Source of the DNA: Macrostomum lignano
Lineage: Eukaryota
Direction of reading: 5' to 3'
NCBI GenBank assembly: GCA_002269645.1
Contig: NIVC01000620.1
Coordinates: forward strand, 372,001-436,000
DNA: 64,000 bases
Under the pieces are notes generated by a model. The model had not been told where the DNA came from, did no database searches, and was given only the letters and a program-made list of their open reading frames with translations. The translations under genes and the position numbers were made by a program. Numbering within the stretch: the stretch's first letter is position 1; every line of letters begins with the position of its first letter. Shown here piece by piece: positions 59,993 through 64,000 of this stretch.

Positions 59993-60832
59993 CAGTGTTG
60001 GGCAAGTTACTCAAAAAAAGTAACTTGCGTTACTGTAACTTAAGTTACCAATTTTTAAAAAGTAACTTACGTTAGCCTAGTAACTTTAGACAAAAACCCG
60101 GTAACTTTTAAGTTACTGTCCGTTACTCACTTCCGTTACCCATGTTATTAACAAAATTTTCTGCTTTTTTCACATTGCACATTTTTTCACATTGTTGTTA
60201 CCAAAATTTGCCATTGGGCATTGGGATTAACCGATTAACAGACAGAGACAGGAATTGGCGACACGATGTGAGGCAAGTAGAAGGACCAATGGGCAATGGC
60301 AATTAATAATTAAAATTATAAATGATAAAATAAACGAATATCAATAATTTAATAGAGTAAAATAAATAGAACTGTATAAAATGGTGTAGTGTACTGCAGT
60401 GCCAGCGGAGGGACTTGTGGAGGCTACAGATGAATTTCTTTCTTTGGTTGTTTGTTTGAATCAAACTTGAAAATTTTTAGTAACTTGAAAATGAAAGGCG
60501 AAAATATTTTACCGAAATTAACAAAGTATAACATGTTTCAAGTTTTTCTTCATTACTTAAGCGCAATACCATATGATCTATTCACTTAATTTTGAATTTA
60601 GGAATGAAAAATGCAAAAACATGTGATAACCGGCGTAATAGCTAAGCATTTCAGTTTTAAATTTAAATATTGCGATTGTTCCAAAGTAACTGTAACGGAC
60701 TTCCGAAATTAGAGTAACTTACCGTTACTCCGTTACTAAAATAAAAAAGTAACTTGCGTAAGGAACGCTTTACGAAAAAGTAACTTGCGTTACCATTTGC
60801 AAGTTACTCGGTAACGGAAGTGCCCAACACTG
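59993..60832. mobile_element. hAT-type MITE, 840 bp
   Basis: TIR CAGTGTTGGGCA, 8-bp TSD TTTAGAGT, clustered AAGTAAC/GTTAC subterminal motifs at both ends. Confidence 0.92.
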
Positions 60833-60970
60833 TTTAGAGTGAGTAGGTGCAAAATTTGGTGTAATTTGGTTGAACAGTTATGGAGTCTATAGCTATAGGC
60901 CTAGGGAACAAAATTATAACATATACATCATACATGCTTGGGCGCAAACTAGGGATTCACCCGACCATTT

Positions 60971-61068
60971 CTATTGGCAACATACACATGTAAGTTGCTA
61001 TTGGACAGAATATTGGTCACGTGACTACTCTTAGCCAATAGCGACTTACATGTATATGTTGCCAATAG
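60971..61068. repeat. 98-bp hairpin with 34-bp arms and a palindromic GTCACGTGAC in the spacer
   Basis: Arms 60971-61004 and 61035-61068 are reverse complements with 2 mismatches. Confidence 0.9.
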
Positions 61069-61077
61069 ATATTTAAA

Positions 61078-61119
61078 CTGCCAATATGTTTCATCCAGAG
61101 CAGACATCTTCAGGGCAAA
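61078..61119 (-). ncRNA. Degenerate minimal hammerhead ribozyme
   Basis: UUUGCC-CUGAAGA-U-GUCUG-CUC-UGGAU-GAAA-CAUAUU-GGCAG. Stem III is damaged. Confidence 0.5.
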
Positions 61120-61609
61120 CCAGCATGGAATTCTTGCATCTGGCATATAAAATGGAAAATTGCGACTTTTTTTCGGTGCACAATTCTATATTGAACCAAA
61201 CGCAATTTTACAATCCTAAACAAAATTTAGTTGTGAAATTTTTAGCAGTACCAATTGTCAAAATAATGTTTTGCAATAGTGTTATACTTGCATTTTTTGA
61301 CGACTCGTTACAATAAATATTAAACTGATTATCTTTGTTTTTTTAAGTAGAGAATTTTAAATTTGAACAGTTCGTAAATAACAAACTATAAATGTTACGT
61401 TTTTGTAGTAATTCTAGATTTAATACAGTAAAGTCAGTAACTATTTATAAATTTAAACTGTGCAAACAGTCGCAAAATAATTTGCAATTTTTCTCGCATT
61501 TTTTGCAGCCCATACAGGTGCGCAATTTTTTTGCATTGCACAATTTTTCGCAATTTTTTTCCCGAACGCAAAAACGTGTTGCAATTTTTGTGCAAGAATT
61601 TCATCCTGG
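61120..61609. mobile_element. hAT-type MITE, 490 bp, inserted in the pseudo-LTR
   Basis: TIR CCAG(C/G)ATG(G/A)AATTCTTGCA and 8-bp TSD AGGGCAAA (61112-61119 and 61610-61617). Confidence 0.88.
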
Positions 61610-62059
61610 AGGGCAAACAAACCATTAAAAACACAAACAAGAATGTATTTAAATTAAATTGAAAAAATTGAGCAAACAAAAAACAGAAAGAACAAAAAAA
61701 CATATACATGCAACATGCTATAAACCTTTAACTAACAAACCAATCAGTTAAGAAGGTGCACCCACCTCACCATTGCGCACAACGAGATAAAAAATTCTGA
61801 GTTGTTGCTCCATACCTTTAATCACAAGCTGAACATTTAAGCTAGGATTGTACTTCCCAATGTATGTAGCCTCCAACAATTTTAGTTTTCTATCGTTGTT
61901 ACATCCATCTATCACCTTGAACAACTGCATAGGCTCACAGTCACAACATGCCTTGCACATGAATAGGTGGTTTTTAATGGCCAAAGACCCAAGCCAGAAA
62001 GAAAGGTGAAATGTGTCTGTTTCATAGGGCTTATGTTGTTTGCAGTTCTTGGGCACTCT

Positions 62060-62885
62060 TCTATCAGGAAGTCAGTTCTCTGACTAGAATCCTTAAATCA
62101 AATGGCTATCCATTTGAGTTTGTTAGCCATATTGTTAACAAGTTTGTTTCTGAAAAAGTGTCCAGTGTGCAACATGGGAAAGGTTTGGAGACGGACTCTT
62201 TGGTCTCGCTGATGATTTTACCATTTCTTGGATCCGCTTCGATTGATATTAAAAAGAAGTTAAGAGGTTTTTAGACTGCTCAATTGCAAAATTAGAATTG
62301 TGTTCAGGACTGAAAAGATTGCGAGCAGACTCAAATCTAGTGTTCCTCTCCTACTTAAGGCTGGTGTCGTCTATCAATTTCAATGCTTTCTGTTGATCAG
62401 GGTGTTTCCTATATTGGAAAAACTAAACAGCATCTGCACCAGAGGGTGAGGGAGCACTGGCTTGGGTCTTCGGCCATTAAAGAGCACCTATTCGTGTGCA
62501 AGGCATGTTGTGACTGTGAGCCTATGCAGTTGTTCAAGGTGATGGATGGATATAACAATGATAGAAAACTAAAATTGTTGGAGGCTACGTACATTAGGAA
62601 GTACAATCCTAGCTTAAACATTCAGCTTGTGAGTAAAGGTATGGAGCAACAACTCAAGAATTTTTTGATCTCGTTGTCCGCGGTGTTGAGGTGGGTGCAC
62701 CCTCTTAACTGATTGGTTTGTTAGTTAAAGGTTTACAGCATGTACATGTTTTTTCATTCTTTCTGTTTTTTGTTTGCTCAATTTTTTCAATTTAATTTAA
62801 ATACATTCTCATTTGTGTTTTCAATGGTTTGTTTGCCCTGAAGATGTCCACTCTGGATGAAACGCGTCGGCAGTTTAAATAGATT
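62060..62885 (+). mobile_element. 5'-truncated Penelope-like element (RT C-terminus plus GIY-YIG endonuclease), disrupted
   Basis: ILKSNGYP, ILPFLG, GVVYQFQC, YIGKTKQHLHQRVREH, SAIKEH, LKLLEATYIRKYNPSLN. Confidence 0.9.
62834..62872 (+). ncRNA. Minimal type I hammerhead ribozyme of the Penelope pLTR
   Basis: Stem I UGCC/GGCA, core CUGAAGA plus an extra U, stem II GUCCA/UGGAU, GAAA, palindromic stem III ACGCGU, GUC cleavage triplet 62866-62868. Confidence 0.85.
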
Positions 62886-64000
62886 AAATGTTTGTTTTGA
62901 TGTTTGCTCTTTTGCTAATGCTATATAGAAATTTGTATATACAAAGCTATTTATACTATCAATTATAAGACTTCAAAAATGTGCTAAGTGTATGCCTGAT
63001 CCTAAGTATGGTACTAAAGCTTAAGCCAAGGGTAACTCTTATGTCCATCATGTCAGGTTATTAATAGTTTTTAAACTTATTTTAATATAAAAAAATGTTT
63101 TCTTGTTATACTCATATTTCATTTTTTCATGTAAAAATTACAAACTATTTCATTTCAGTTTCTAGGTGCTAGATCAAAATACAAGGGTAACAATAATCTT
63201 AAATCTTAATGCTTTTTTTAATTATAATTGGTATAGTTCATTTGTTTTTAACTATGTAAACAGATTTTGTTATGTTGACTTTAATTGGATGAAGGTTAAT
63301 ATTTATTTCAAATTTGATTGTTTATAATAATATAGTATACAAAACATATACATATAGATACATTATATTTAACAATGTTTCATATTGGGCTGGTTTTTGC
63401 CACTTTTTAATCCTAGCACAGATTTTGGTAAACTTTTTTACTTTAAGTGCCTGTAGTTAGAGAACCTATGCATGACTGTAGTCTGAAAGGAAGGAAGATA
63501 ATGATAGGAGACAAGATAAAGTAGATAAGAAAAAAGAAGCTATAGAAAGACATACATTAAGCAGAAAAGATTGTTTTTGTGAAATTTAAATGGACCCAAT
63601 GGGCAGATAGAGAGGCTTTGTAGGCAACAAACCAATTTAATGCTAGTTGGTAGCATACATACTTGACTATTCAGAAAAAATAGAAAGTGGACTGTAAACA
63701 TACCTATTTATAAATATCCAGTGTGTTTTGAATTGAATATGAATATCATTTAGGTGTGCTAACATTCTTAATAGTTAAAACTGTTCCTAAAATCATTGCT
63801 GAGTAAATAGGTATCATTTTTTAATAGTTTTTTTTCATAAAATTTGTTACTTTTTTTCCTGGAAGTTTTGGAGTGATCTAATAATCATTTATTCAGCTAA
63901 TTATTAGTCTTTGGCTAACCCATTGGCAGTTTATAAATTAACTATGTCAGACTTTCATAACAAGTTTGTAACTAAGGAATAACATATAAACAACTTGTAA

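Larger units (their letters stand above)
61078..61997 (-). mobile_element. Inverted 3' copy (pseudo-LTR) of the Penelope element, interrupted by a MITE
   Basis: Reverse complement of 62460-62880 (GIY-YIG C-terminus WLGS.AIK.HLF.CKACC plus 3' UTR). Confidence 0.9.

Overview
Eukaryotic, intron-containing, very repeat-rich animal genomic DNA. There are no prokaryotic operons, rRNA, tRNA or CRISPR. The GC-rich coding style, the abundant minisatellites and the non-LTR RT family at 38.8 kb resemble the flatworm Macrostomum lignano, but this is recalled resemblance, not a search result. Most of the window is transposon debris and tandem repeats: a dead single-LTR Ty3/Gypsy element that looks circularly permuted, an internally deleted Tc1/mariner, a Crypton-like tyrosine-recombinase remnant with clustered TATGG sites, a full-length Chapaev (RAG1/Transib-related) transposon with one nonsense codon, several hAT-type MITEs with 8-bp TSDs, an RTE-like RT fragment, and an inverted Penelope pair carrying minimal hammerhead ribozymes. 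Host genes are few: an intact intronless PAN/apple plus C-type lectin gene, a Pro-rich terminal exon, an RTP/3CxxC zinc-finger pseudogene and some low-complexity exon cassettes. The most unusual signal is a cluster of about 10 replication-dependent-histone-type 3' stem-loops (AAAAC-GGCCCT-TTTC-AGGRCC) at 45.3-54.0 kb on the minus strand. They sit in 160-340 bp units with conserved boxes and have no histone coding sequence, so they are a candidate family of small non-coding RNAs ending in an SLBP-type stem-loop.
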